Shown here one piece after another: positions 31,039-40,047 of a DNA stretch of 64,000 bases. A program made the translations under genes and the position numbers. The notes beneath the pieces are model-generated. The model saw only the letters and a list, made by a program, of their open reading frames with translations, searched no databases and was not told the origin of the DNA. This DNA is from Pseudomonadota bacterium (GTDB lineage: Bacteria; Myxococcota; JACRCW01; JAFGSX01): positions 1-64,000 of the forward strand of contig JBDRCO010000033.1 in the NCBI GenBank assembly GCA_043821645.1, read 5' to 3'. The first letter of the stretch is position 1. The number at the start of each line of letters is the position of its first letter.

Positions 31039-32109
31039 TCAGAGCAGATGGCGGTACTTCTCGGGGACCGCCTCGCGCAATCGCCCGGGATGGGCCCTGG
31101 CCATGCGATAGAAGCAGCCCGGGTATCCGGCCTGGGGGTTGAACTCACCGGTGCGCAGGAGATGGTCGACGATGACGTAGAGGCGACACCCACCGAAGCA
31201 GATGCGCAGCTTGTCGCAGCTGGCGCAGGGCTCCTCGAGGTCCTGGTAGCGCTGACGCCAGTCCCTGTCGACGACAAAAGCCTGTCCGTCGAAGGAGCCC
31301 ATCGCAAAGTCGTCGAGCCCGGCCATGCAGGGACAAGGAAAGACCTGCCCGTCCTCGACGCGCAGACCCACGTGGTTGAGCCCCGCGTTGCAGTAGCCCG
31401 TGCCCGAGGGCTGGTTGAAGAAGTAGCACTGTTTGTGGCGGTCGACGATGAAGTCCGGCCCCCATACCGCATCCAGTCCGACGTCGAAGGGATAGCGATC
31501 CTCGGAGGCAAGCACGATACAGAAGGCCTCGAAGCGCTCCTCATCCGAGAGCACGAAGTCCCGCCCAAGGCGCGTGGCCGCGTGTCCGGTGTAGCCCATC
31601 GGGATGAACTCGACGTAGTCCACGGGCAGCTCGCGGCACATCTCCAAGAAAGGCTGCATGTCGGAGAGCGTCTTCTTGTTGACGACGTAGTTGACGATGA
31701 GCTTGCGGCCACTCACGTCGTGAAACCGCCGCATGAAGCGCAGGATGCTGCCAAAGTCATTCTTGCCGCTGGAGATGCGATGCAGCTCGGCGGTCGAGCC
31801 GTGCAGGCTGATGGCGATGTTGGCGCGCAGGCGTTTCAGGATGGCCAGCACCTCCTCGTCGACCCGGAAGCTGGCGGTGACGTTGATCCAGCCGGGATTC
31901 GGCCGCCGGAACTGTCCGGTGCGCTGGTACATGGCGAGGGTGTCGCGGGTGACCTCGAAGTCGAACAGGTGCACCAGCAAGCCGTGGGCCTCGAGCACGT
32001 CGACCATCTCACCGAGGCGCGCGTAGTCGATGGGCGCGGCGGCGCCGTAGTTGCAGATGTTGCAGTTGCGCCGGCAGTTCTTGTGCACCAGCGTCACGAG
32101 GTTGGGCAT
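31039..32109 (-). CDS. Radical SAM protein with SPASM domain
   Basis: CRRNCNIC at N-terminus, ISLHG...LH, YCNAG...PCPC, CASCDKLRICFGGC...C. Confidence 0.88.
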   Translation of the reverse strand: MPNLVTLVHKNCRRNCNICNYGAAAPIDYARLGEMVDVLEAHGLLVHLFDFEVTRDTLAMYQRTGQFRRPNPGWINVTASFRVDEEVLAILKRLRANIAISLHGSTAELHRISSGKNDFGSILRFMRRFHDVSGRKLIVNYVVNKKTLSDMQPFLEMCRELPVDYVEFIPMGYTGHAATRLGRDFVLSDEERFEAFCIVLASEDRYPFDVGLDAVWGPDFIVDRHKQCYFFNQPSGTGYCNAGLNHVGLRVEDGQVFPCPCMAGLDDFAMGSFDGQAFVVDRDWRQRYQDLEEPCASCDKLRICFGGCRLYVIVDHLLRTGEFNPQAGYPGCFYRMARAHPGRLREAVPEKYRHLL

Positions 32110-32226
32110 GCGCTCTCCCTGTCCGGGTCAAGGATAGCGGGGTGCCCGGCCCCTCGCAAAGACCTGGAGAGCCGCACAGGCGACCGGGACAGGCGATGCG
32201 CAAAGAACGTGGGCGCGATGGCGTCG

Positions 32227-32694
32227 CTAGGCGGGCAAGCGGCTCAAAAATTTCTCAAACGCAGCACGCTGGGTGGGGACCGCGGTCATGCCACGCTTCA
32301 GGATGCGGGCTGCCTCGTCGTGGCGCTGCGCCTCGTGCAGGACCACGGCGAGGTCCCAGTAGGGGTCAAACCACGACGGCGAGGTGCGGATCGCTTGCTC
32401 GAGAGACACAACGCCCTCGTCAAGGCGACCCAGGCGCGCCAGACACAGACCGAGCCCCTTCATGGCATAGGCGTGCCCGGGATCGATCTGCAGCGCCTGG
32501 CGACATGCGGCCTCGGCCTCGGCGAAACGCTCCTGAAAGAAGCGCACGAAGCCCAGCAGGTCCAGGGCCCGCAGGTGCTGCGGCGAGCGCGTCAGGATCA
32601 CCTCGAGCACCGCGCTGGCCTCGTCCAGACGCTGGGCCTGGGCTGCCTGGGTGGCACGCTCGACCAGAGCCTCGATGTCCTCTTGGTTTTCCAT
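32227..32694 (-). CDS. TPR-repeat protein
   Basis: Repeats such as ALDLLG...AEAACRQALQIDP, AMKGLGLCLARLGRLDEG...AIRTSP. Confidence 0.88.
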   Translation of the reverse strand: MENQEDIEALVERATQAAQAQRLDEASAVLEVILTRSPQHLRALDLLGFVRFFQERFAEAEAACRQALQIDPGHAYAMKGLGLCLARLGRLDEGVVSLEQAIRTSPSWFDPYWDLAVVLHEAQRHDEAARILKRGMTAVPTQRAAFEKFLSRLPA

Positions 32695-32924
32695 CTCTCG
32701 CTCCCTGCGGCTGGCGGTGTCCTGGCATCCTCTCCCAGGGCACCCGGTCAGACAAGCCTGCGCCGAGCCCGCGCGTGCGACCTGCGCACCTCACCTGCGG
32801 CAGACCTGTCCGCAGCGATCGCCAGGACAGCGCGGAGACCCCCGAACATGCGCGCTCTACGCCCGAGGCACGAACATTGATACCCTCTGCTCCTGTCGCG
32901 CCATGCCGCGGCGGTGGAGGTGTC

Positions 32925-34049
32925 ATGCCATCGAGAAACAGCGTCCTGGGTTCCGGGGCGGCGGTGCTGCTGATCAGTGCCCTGGCGAACCCGCACCCCG
33001 CGCAGGCCTGCCCATGCGTCACCCTCGTCGGAAGTCACGCCGAGGAGGTGGCCCAGCGCGCCCTCGTCGTCGTCAACGACGACAGTCTGGACTACATCCT
33101 GCAGCTCGCGGTGGAGGGCGACGCCAGCGAGCTGGGATGGCTGGTGCCAACCCCGGCCTTGCCCGACGATCCGGTGCTGGTGGAAGACACCTTCCTGAGC
33201 AGCCTCGACGACGCCACCGCGCCTTTTCTCCATGCCTGCTCGGGCGGAGGCGGTTGTGACGCCCAGACCCTGCGCGCGGACAAGGGCAACAGCGCCGTCA
33301 CGGTGTGGAGCGAGGGCCGCATCGAGAACCTGGAATTCGCAGTCGTGTCCTCGAGCAGCAGCAGCGAACTCGCAACCTGGCTGGCCGATCGCGGCTACCA
33401 GCTCGACGCAGCGGCCCAGGCGCGGGTGGACGACTACGCCAGCCGGGCCTGGTTCTTTGTGGCACTCCGGGTCAGCGGAACAGCCCTGCAGGGTGACCGG
33501 CCCAGCCTGGGCCCCCTGCGCATTCACATCCCGACCGCGGGCACGCCAATCTTCCCTCTGGGCATGACCGCGCTGTCGACGAACGCGCGGGTGAGCCTGC
33601 TCCTGTTCATCGCCGCGGACAACCGGATGGCGCCCGCCAACTATCCGCTGGTGACCATTGACGGCTCGGCCCTGCGCGCCGATGAGGAAGGTGGTAGCAA
33701 CTACGACGCCCTGGTGCGCCGCGCCATCGACGCCGAGGGCAAGGGCTTCCTGGTCGAGTTCGCCGGCGACGCACCGTCCTATGCTGCTTCGGATCCTGCG
33801 CTGCAGGTTTTGCTCGAAGGCAAGCAGATGGTGCGCCTGTACACGGACGTGGAGCCCGCCGCGCTGAACCAGGACCTGCTGCTGGAAGAACGCACCAGCG
33901 TCGAGACGCCTTACTATCCCTGCCTGCCCTCCGAGGGCACCGACGACACAGGCTGCGCCAGTGCCGGGCAGATTGGGATGAGCGCGCTCCCCCTGCTGAC
34001 TGTCCTCGGCCTGCTGGTCCGGCTACGACGCCACCGCGGCGCTCGCTGA
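32925..34049 (+). CDS. DUF2330-like secreted protein with C-terminal sorting tail
   Basis: GGAGG RBS; AQAC, GWLVPTP, LATWLADRGY, WFFVAL, IFPLGMT; tail GCASAG...LLVRLRRHR. Confidence 0.8.
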   Translation: MPSRNSVLGSGAAVLLISALANPHPAQACPCVTLVGSHAEEVAQRALVVVNDDSLDYILQLAVEGDASELGWLVPTPALPDDPVLVEDTFLSSLDDATAPFLHACSGGGGCDAQTLRADKGNSAVTVWSEGRIENLEFAVVSSSSSSELATWLADRGYQLDAAAQARVDDYASRAWFFVALRVSGTALQGDRPSLGPLRIHIPTAGTPIFPLGMTALSTNARVSLLLFIAADNRMAPANYPLVTIDGSALRADEEGGSNYDALVRRAIDAEGKGFLVEFAGDAPSYAASDPALQVLLEGKQMVRLYTDVEPAALNQDLLLEERTSVETPYYPCLPSEGTDDTGCASAGQIGMSALPLLTVLGLLVRLRRHRGAR

Positions 34050-34060
34050 GCCTTCGCCGT

Positions 34061-34459
34061 TCAGCGCGCCAGGATGGGCCCGCCCAGTGCGTTCGACGCA
34101 TGGCCTGCACGGTCGAGGAGGGTGATCTCGAAGCGATAGCTCCCGGCCTCGGCCACCTGGGTGTGGATGACGAAGGAGGCCTCGCCCTCCGTGCGGTTCA
34201 TGGCCTGCTCGACGTCGACGGGATCCTGGTTCTCGACGCGGCCGTCGGGAAAGGTGTAGCGAAACTGCACGCGCTCCGAGTCCGCATCGCCATCGACGAA
34301 CCAGAACGAGCCGAGCACGTCGAACTGCTGGTAGGTCTGAACCTCGGGTGGCGCGTACTGCAGATCCGAGATCACAGGCACCGGGTCCACCTCAGCGTCC
34401 TCGGTCGGGCCACAGGCGACGAGCGCGAGCAGCAATGTTCCCACAGCTGTGCGATGCAT
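34061..34459 (-). CDS. Hypothetical lipoprotein (Ig-like)
   Basis: AGGAGG RBS, LVAC lipobox, FVDGDAD, DRAGHASN. Confidence 0.7.
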   Translation of the reverse strand: MHRTAVGTLLLALVACGPTEDAEVDPVPVISDLQYAPPEVQTYQQFDVLGSFWFVDGDADSERVQFRYTFPDGRVENQDPVDVEQAMNRTEGEASFVIHTQVAEAGSYRFEITLLDRAGHASNALGGPILAR

Positions 34460-34497
34460 GAAGCCTCCTGTCGTCCCCGGCTCTCGCGCCGACCTCT

Positions 34498-35091
34498 TCA
34501 TCCAGCCTCCCCGTTCTGGCGCTCGCGGCGCACGAAGTCAATCAGCTCGGGGTAGAAGGTCAGAAAATCCTGTTCGATGGCTGCATGCGCCTGTCGCAGC
34601 ACCACAACACCCTGCGCCAGATCCACAGGGCGACGCAGGCGCCGTGCCACACCCCCCAGAGCCAGGCCAACATTGTCGATCTCGAGGTAGCTTCGCAACC
34701 AGTCCTGCGAGGCCATGCGAGGCAGGCCCCAGGCCAGGCGCGGTGGCAGCGGCAGGTCGAGCCCGGCCAGCCCTGCGTAGGCGCTTTGACAGAACGTGTC
34801 GAGGGTACTGGAAGAGAACTGACTCCAGTTCAAGGCCAGCATGTGGTCAAAGAAGATGTCGACCACCACTCCCCGCAGCAGGTGAAAGTCTGGGGCCAGG
34901 CGGCGTCGACAGGTGCGGACCGCAGGATGGTTGTCGGTGAAGGCGTCAATGCGCCGGTGTTCCTGCACCGCGGCGAGCAGCTCCGGTGGATAACGACTGT
35001 GGTCCGGGCTGCGTTCAAAGTCGGCGAGCAGGCTGCCCAGCCAGGCCAGAGGAGTTGGCTGCGACAGGTGCAGGTGCGCCAGGTAGTTCAT
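34498..35091 (-). CDS. acpH: Acyl carrier protein phosphodiesterase
   Basis: MNYLAHL, GSLLADF, HRRIDAFTDNHP, DIFFDH, FYPEL. Confidence 0.9.
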   Translation of the reverse strand: MNYLAHLHLSQPTPLAWLGSLLADFERSPDHSRYPPELLAAVQEHRRIDAFTDNHPAVRTCRRRLAPDFHLLRGVVVDIFFDHMLALNWSQFSSSTLDTFCQSAYAGLAGLDLPLPPRLAWGLPRMASQDWLRSYLEIDNVGLALGGVARRLRRPVDLAQGVVVLRQAHAAIEQDFLTFYPELIDFVRRERQNGEAG

Positions 35092-35219
35092 GCTCGGACC
35101 CATGGCAGCGGTGATGGCCCTGTGCCATCAGCGTGGACACCACGTGCGTGCCATGCGCACGGGTGACGGCAGATCGCCTTCGTACTACATAGGGCGGCAC
35201 GGGCAAGGAGACCGCTGTC

Positions 35220-36032
35220 ATGACCTATCCGGTGCAGCGCAGGCCTCGTGCAGGGGACTCTTGCTGGCTGGCAGCCCTGGTCGTCGTTCTGGGCGCCGCC
35301 TGCACACGCGCTCCTGGTGACGAGAAGGGCGCCCTGACGCTGTTCGCAGCCGCCTCCACCACCGACGTGATGAAGGTGCTCGCGCAGGACTTCGAGACCC
35401 AGCACGGGCTGCCTGTCCGCACCAGCTTCGCCGCCTCGTCGACCCTGGCCCGTCAGATCGAAGCCGGTGCCCGGGTCGATGTCTACGTGTCCGCGGACGA
35501 GGCGTGGATGGATCACCTGCAGCACCTCGACCTGCTGCAACCCGACAGCCGCCGGGATCTGGCGGCCAACGATCTCGTCCTCATCGCACCGGCCGATCGC
35601 GTGCTTCACGTCGAACTGCGCCCAGACTTCGAGCTGGCCGCACAGTTCTCGGGCAAGCTCGCGGTGGCCGACCCGTCCCACGTCCCGGCAGGGCGAAGAG
35701 CGAAGGAAGCGCTGTCGGCCCTGGGCTGGTGGGACAAGCTACAACCACGCCTGGTGCCGACCCTCGACGTGCGCGCAGCCCTGGCCCTGGTCGAGACCGG
35801 AGCCGCCGGACTCGGTGTGGTCTACGGCAGCGACGCCCTCCGCTCTCCGACGGTGCGCGTTGTCGCGCGCTTCCCCCCCGACAGCCATCTGCCGATCCGC
35901 TATCCTGCAGCCGTGCTTCGAGGCGCACAGCCCCTCGCCACCGATCTGCTGCGTGCGCTCTGTAGCCCGTCTGCCAGGGAGCTGTTCCAGCAGGCGGGTT
36001 TTGCGCTCGTCGACGCCGGATCCGGCACCTGA
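35220..36032 (+). CDS. modA: Molybdate ABC transporter substrate-binding protein
   Basis: FAAAS, FAASSTLARQIEAGA, VPAG, DVRAAL, VYGSDA. Confidence 0.93.
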   Translation: MTYPVQRRPRAGDSCWLAALVVVLGAACTRAPGDEKGALTLFAAASTTDVMKVLAQDFETQHGLPVRTSFAASSTLARQIEAGARVDVYVSADEAWMDHLQHLDLLQPDSRRDLAANDLVLIAPADRVLHVELRPDFELAAQFSGKLAVADPSHVPAGRRAKEALSALGWWDKLQPRLVPTLDVRAALALVETGAAGLGVVYGSDALRSPTVRVVARFPPDSHLPIRYPAAVLRGAQPLATDLLRALCSPSARELFQQAGFALVDAGSGT

Positions 36033-36733
36033 TGGACCTTCTTCCGCGTGGCGACGAGACCGCCGCCCTCTGGCTCTCGATGCAGGTGGCGCTGCTGTGC
36101 ACCGTCGTGCTCACCGTGCCCAGCATCGTCGTGGGCACCGCGCTCGCACGCTGGCACTGGACCGGCAAGAGCGTGGTCGAGGTCCTGATCCACCTGCCAC
36201 TTGTGTTGCCTCCTGTCGCCACAGGCTACCTGATGTTGCTGGCTCTTGGTCCGCGCACCCTTCCAGGTGGCATGGCCCGCTGGATCCTCGGACACGACCT
36301 GGCCTTTTCACTCGCCGCTGCGGTGCTGGCCGCAGCCGTGGTCAGTTTCCCCCTCGCGGTGCGCAGCATCCGCCTCGCTGTCGAGCTGGTGGACCGTCGC
36401 CTGGAACAGGCCGCGTCGACCCTCGGCGCCTCCCCCGTCGACGTGTGGTGGAGCGTCACCTTGCCCCTGGCCCTTCCTGGAGTGCTCACCGGTCTGGTGC
36501 TTGCGTTTACACGCAGCCTCGGCGAATTCGGCGCCACCATCGTGTTTGCCGGCAACATTGCAGGCGAGACCCGTACCCTGCCGCTGTCACTGTTCACCGC
36601 AACCCAGGTCCCCGGTGGAGAGAGCGCGGCCCTGCGCCTGATGCTGCTCTCGGTCAGCCTCTCCTTCGTAACCCTGCTGGCGTCGGAATGGATGGCGCTC
36701 CGTCTGCGGCGGCGACTGGGGGCTGCCGCATGA
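36032..36733 (+). CDS. modB: Molybdate ABC transporter permease
   Basis: LPLVLPPVATGY, EQAASTLGA, SLGEFGATI. Confidence 0.93.
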   Translation: MDLLPRGDETAALWLSMQVALLCTVVLTVPSIVVGTALARWHWTGKSVVEVLIHLPLVLPPVATGYLMLLALGPRTLPGGMARWILGHDLAFSLAAAVLAAAVVSFPLAVRSIRLAVELVDRRLEQAASTLGASPVDVWWSVTLPLALPGVLTGLVLAFTRSLGEFGATIVFAGNIAGETRTLPLSLFTATQVPGGESAALRLMLLSVSLSFVTLLASEWMALRLRRRLGAAA

Positions 36734-37860
36734 TCGAGCTGGACCTGCAGCTTTGCCGCGGCGACTTCACTCTCCAGGTGAAGACCCTCATCGAGGCTCG
36801 AGCACTGGGCGTGTTCGGTCCCTCGGGCTCGGGCAAGACCAGCTTGCTGCACCTGATCGCCGGTCTGCTGAAGCCTGATCAGGGCCGCGTGGTGATCGAC
36901 GGCCAGGTCCTGCTCGATACCACACGGCGCCTGCACCTACCTCCGCATCGTCGCCAGATCGGTGTGGTGTTCCAGGACGCACGACTGTTCCCGCACCTGA
37001 GTGTGCTCGGCAACCTGCGCTACGGACTGCGCCGCTGCCCGCCGCATGAACGACGTGTGTCCCTGGACGAAGTCGTCGCTCTGCTCGAGCTGGGTACACT
37101 GCTCGACCGCCGACCGTCGACGCTGTCGGGGGGTGAGGGCCAGCGCGTGGCCCTGGGCCGGACCCTGCTCGCGGGACCGCGCCTGCTGCTGTTCGACGAG
37201 CCTCTGGCCAGCCTCGACCGTCCGCTGCGACAGCAGGTCCTGCCCTACTTCCGGCGTGTCCTCGCACAGCTCCAGGTGCCCTTGCTCTACGTCAGTCACG
37301 AGCTCGGTGAGGTGCTCCAGCTCACGGACCAGTTGCTGGTACTTCGAGACGGCGAGGTACAGGGCCTGGGTTCTTACCACCGTCTGGCCATGGACCCCGC
37401 CGTCCTTCATGCAGACGATGGGCTGTGCAACGTGGTGCGCGCCACGCTGACCGGACACGATGTTGTGGCGGGCAACAGTCACCTGAGGCTGGACCACACT
37501 GGGGAGTCCAGTGCTGTGCTCTGCGTACCACTGCAGGCCTTGGCTCCCGGAATGCAGGTGCACGCTCGGCTGCGGCCGGAAGATGTGGCCCTGGCCCTGG
37601 CACCGGTCGACGGCATCTCGATCCAGAATCAGCTCCCCGGACGGGTGCGGGCACTCAACCCTCGCGCTGGCCAGGTGCTGCTCGACGTCGATGTCGGAGT
37701 CCCGCTGCTGGTCCAGGTCAGCCAGCACACGGTCGATCGGCTGGGCCTGTGCGAGGGCGTGCAGGTGTGGTGTCTGGTCAAGTCCAACGCCGTGCAGGTG
37801 CTCCCCGACATGACCGTGCCGCTCCTCGATCAGCGCGCCGGTGTCGCCAGCAGTTCCTGA
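36730..37860 (+). CDS. modC: Molybdate ABC transporter ATPase with TOBE domains
   Basis: GPSGSGKT, VFQDARLFPHL, LSGGE, SIQNQL TOBE; ATGA overlap with modB. Confidence 0.93.
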   Translation: MIELDLQLCRGDFTLQVKTLIEARALGVFGPSGSGKTSLLHLIAGLLKPDQGRVVIDGQVLLDTTRRLHLPPHRRQIGVVFQDARLFPHLSVLGNLRYGLRRCPPHERRVSLDEVVALLELGTLLDRRPSTLSGGEGQRVALGRTLLAGPRLLLFDEPLASLDRPLRQQVLPYFRRVLAQLQVPLLYVSHELGEVLQLTDQLLVLRDGEVQGLGSYHRLAMDPAVLHADDGLCNVVRATLTGHDVVAGNSHLRLDHTGESSAVLCVPLQALAPGMQVHARLRPEDVALALAPVDGISIQNQLPGRVRALNPRAGQVLLDVDVGVPLLVQVSQHTVDRLGLCEGVQVWCLVKSNAVQVLPDMTVPLLDQRAGVASSS

Positions 37861-38642
37861 AGAAGGCGCACGTACTCGGCCCGGTGGCGCGAGAACAGCG
37901 CGTTGTGTCCACCCTCGTCAAACAGGACCTGGCGCCACAAGCGCAGCCCGGCCCAACGCGCCAGCTCGTGGGCGTGGCTCACGGGCAGGATGGTGTCGTC
38001 GCGGCCATGCAGCACCAGGACCGGGCAGCAGACGCGGGCCAACGCCTCCCGGGCATCAAAATCTCGTCGCAGCTGCGCCTCGCAGGTCACGCCGTCCAGG
38101 CCGAGCTCGGCGAAGGGCGTCACCGAGGCGACGTAGCCTGCCAGATCCGCCAGGGCGCTCTCAAGCACCAGTCCTCTCAGCCGTGGCGATCGTGTCCGGC
38201 GCACCAGGTCCAGGGCAAAAACCGAACCCAGTGAGCGCCCCATGACGACGACACCAGGCACACGTCGTGACGGCTGCTGCAGCAAGAAGCGCAAGGCCAG
38301 GCGTGCCGCGGTGCATGCATTTCCGAGGCTGGGCCAACCCTGGCTGGTCGAGAAGCCCGGATAGTCCAGAAACAGGCAGTTGAGCCCGGCCTCGTGCGCG
38401 GCCGCGGGCCAGAAGTAGAGCTGGTCGCATACGTTCTCGGCGTCACCGTGCAGGTACAGCAGCGTCGGAGCGTTGCGTCTCGAGCGCACCCAGAACGCAC
38501 CCAGCACCGTTCCGTCGTCGAGCACGAGTTCCACCGGCGCTCCGTGCTGGACAGCGGGGAGCCGTCGGCCATACCGCCGGAAGAACAGCCGCTGGCTGAC
38601 TCTGTCGTCGTCGTAGAGCGGCGCTGGAGATTCAGAACACAC
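37830..38642 (-). CDS. Alpha/beta hydrolase (ABHD13/BEM46-like)
   Basis: LYLHG, DYPGF, GRSLG nucleophile elbow, HGRDD, GGHN. Confidence 0.88.
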   Translation of the reverse strand: MCSESPAPLYDDDRVSQRLFFRRYGRRLPAVQHGAPVELVLDDGTVLGAFWVRSRRNAPTLLYLHGDAENVCDQLYFWPAAAHEAGLNCLFLDYPGFSTSQGWPSLGNACTAARLALRFLLQQPSRRVPGVVVMGRSLGSVFALDLVRRTRSPRLRGLVLESALADLAGYVASVTPFAELGLDGVTCEAQLRRDFDAREALARVCCPVLVLHGRDDTILPVSHAHELARWAGLRLWRQVLFDEGGHNALFSRHRAEYVRLLQELLATPAR

Positions 38643-38667
38643 GTTGCACCGGGGCGAAAAATGGTGA

Positions 38668-38741
38668 TGGAGGGATCAGGATTCGAACCTGAAACATCGA
38701 GCCGACGAGCGGCCCGGGCTTTGCCGTTAAGCTATCCCCCC
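38668..38741 (-). ncRNA. tRNA-like RNA with alanine identity (G3-U70, A73) and a 19-nt non-canonical anticodon arm
   Basis: GGGGGGA-TA-GCTT-AACGGCA-AAGC-C-CGGGCCG-CTCGT-CGGCTCG-ATGTT-TCAGG-TTCGAAT-CCTGA-TCCCTCC-A, then TCACCA; all four stems pair. Confidence 0.8.
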
Positions 38742-39043
38742 TTGACGCCAGTGCGGGTACGCCGGTGGGTGCGCAGGCGCCGCAGCACAACCCGCAGCTG
38801 CTGACGACGTCGACTGTCGCATGTCACCACATCGTATTCAAGGCAGCGCGCGAGCAGCTCCACGTCGAGGTCGAGGTCCTGTTTGCATTCGAAACCCCGC
38901 TCGACCACCTGCAGCAGTGCCCGAATACGCGCGGCCTCATCATCGTGCAGCACCTCCGAACTCGCCTCGGCGAGCGCGGACAGCGCGGCCCGCAGCGCAT
39001 GCAGATCGCCAGCCGGAAAGCGATGCCACAGGCTCGTCGTCAC
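38732..39043 (-). CDS. Hypothetical helical protein; its last codons and TAG stop lie inside the tRNA-like gene
   Basis: GTG start overlaps upstream TGA (GTGA); ends ...GVKGG*. Confidence 0.55.
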   Translation of the reverse strand: MTTSLWHRFPAGDLHALRAALSALAEASSEVLHDDEAARIRALLQVVERGFECKQDLDLDVELLARCLEYDVVTCDSRRRQQLRVVLRRLRTHRRTRTGVKGG

Positions 39044-39987
39044 GGCGTCAGCTCCCGCAGCCCGCGCGCCTGCAGGCGCGACCAGGTTTGCTCATGGTGG
39101 CGAGCCCGCTCTTTGTCGACGCTGTCCCGCGCCATGACCTCGCTCCAGATCGGAGGCAGGAACCACTCGTAGCGCGCCGCGATCAGTCGCTGGAAACCTT
39201 GTCGCTGCAACCAGCAGAAGAAGGCGTACACGACCTGCGGTGCCACGGCGTCGCGACGAAAACTCGCACTGCCCACCCACTCGACCAGCGCCGCCTCGTC
39301 GCCGTGAGCCGTCCACAGGATGGCCGCCAGCTCCTCTTCCTCGACCCGCGCCAGGCACAGCCGCAGTGCGTCGCCAAAAAGTTCTGCCAGGCGGTCATGG
39401 TCGCGCGCGATGACCGCGACACCTACCTGCTCCTTGTTGGCCACGGACTCTTCGCGCAGCCGCAGGAACTGGGTGCGACGGTCCCCGGCGTAGTGGGTCT
39501 GCACGATCTCCACCGGTGTTGGTGCCCGGACCATGTGCGCGCGCTCCTCGTCGCTGAAGTCGCCGAACAGACCGAAGCGGGAGCGCGAGAGGTCCCAGCC
39601 CATGTTGCTGCTGGCGAACCAGAGCCAGTGGTTCCCCGTGATCTTGTCCCGCACCTCGGCGAGGACCTCGGCCGCGGCACCCGCAGGAAAACACGCGGCC
39701 GCGATATCCGGCGCCGGGATCAGTTCGAGATCGAGGCCCCGGGCTCGCACCCGCAGCCCGGGCAGGTAGCGGGCCACACCGGCGTCGTCGTGAAAGCAGG
39801 TGTACTGCGCCGTGACCCGCACCAGGTGGTGTCCGGTGCGCTCGAACAGGTGTGCATTGTCCTCGAGATAGTGCGCGCTGAGGCGCAAGAACCGCGGTTG
39901 CAGGGGCACCGGCAGGGCCGCACAGACATCGTCCCCGAGTTGTCCGAGAAGCTGTTCCGGACTCTGGGTGGTCAGGAGACGATACAT
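39040..39987 (-). CDS. Hypothetical protein, 315 aa, no recognised family
   Basis: GAGG RBS, GC3-biased codons, TG-T-TAGGAT element upstream at 40005-40013. Confidence 0.75.
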   Translation of the reverse strand: MYRLLTTQSPEQLLGQLGDDVCAALPVPLQPRFLRLSAHYLEDNAHLFERTGHHLVRVTAQYTCFHDDAGVARYLPGLRVRARGLDLELIPAPDIAAACFPAGAAAEVLAEVRDKITGNHWLWFASSNMGWDLSRSRFGLFGDFSDEERAHMVRAPTPVEIVQTHYAGDRRTQFLRLREESVANKEQVGVAVIARDHDRLAELFGDALRLCLARVEEEELAAILWTAHGDEAALVEWVGSASFRRDAVAPQVVYAFFCWLQRQGFQRLIAARYEWFLPPIWSEVMARDSVDKERARHHEQTWSRLQARGLRELTP

Positions 39988-40047
39988 GACGCGTCCTCGG
40001 CGCCATCCTAACACGCCCGGACCGCTCGCAAGGGCCCGTGCGCGTCG

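Noticed and set aside
35104-35219. Moco riboswitch or ModE box upstream of modA
   Set aside because: Only a weak imperfect palindrome (CGCCTTCGTACTACATAGGGCG); the match to either consensus is too poor to call without a model search.
38668-38741. tmRNA, Y RNA or ordinary tRNA-Arg(TCG) as the identity of the tRNA-like element
   Set aside because: It has a paired D-stem and no tag ORF (not tmRNA); no Ro60 gene or Ro-binding stem is seen; the loop lacks U33 and purine 37 and the acceptor carries Ala determinants.
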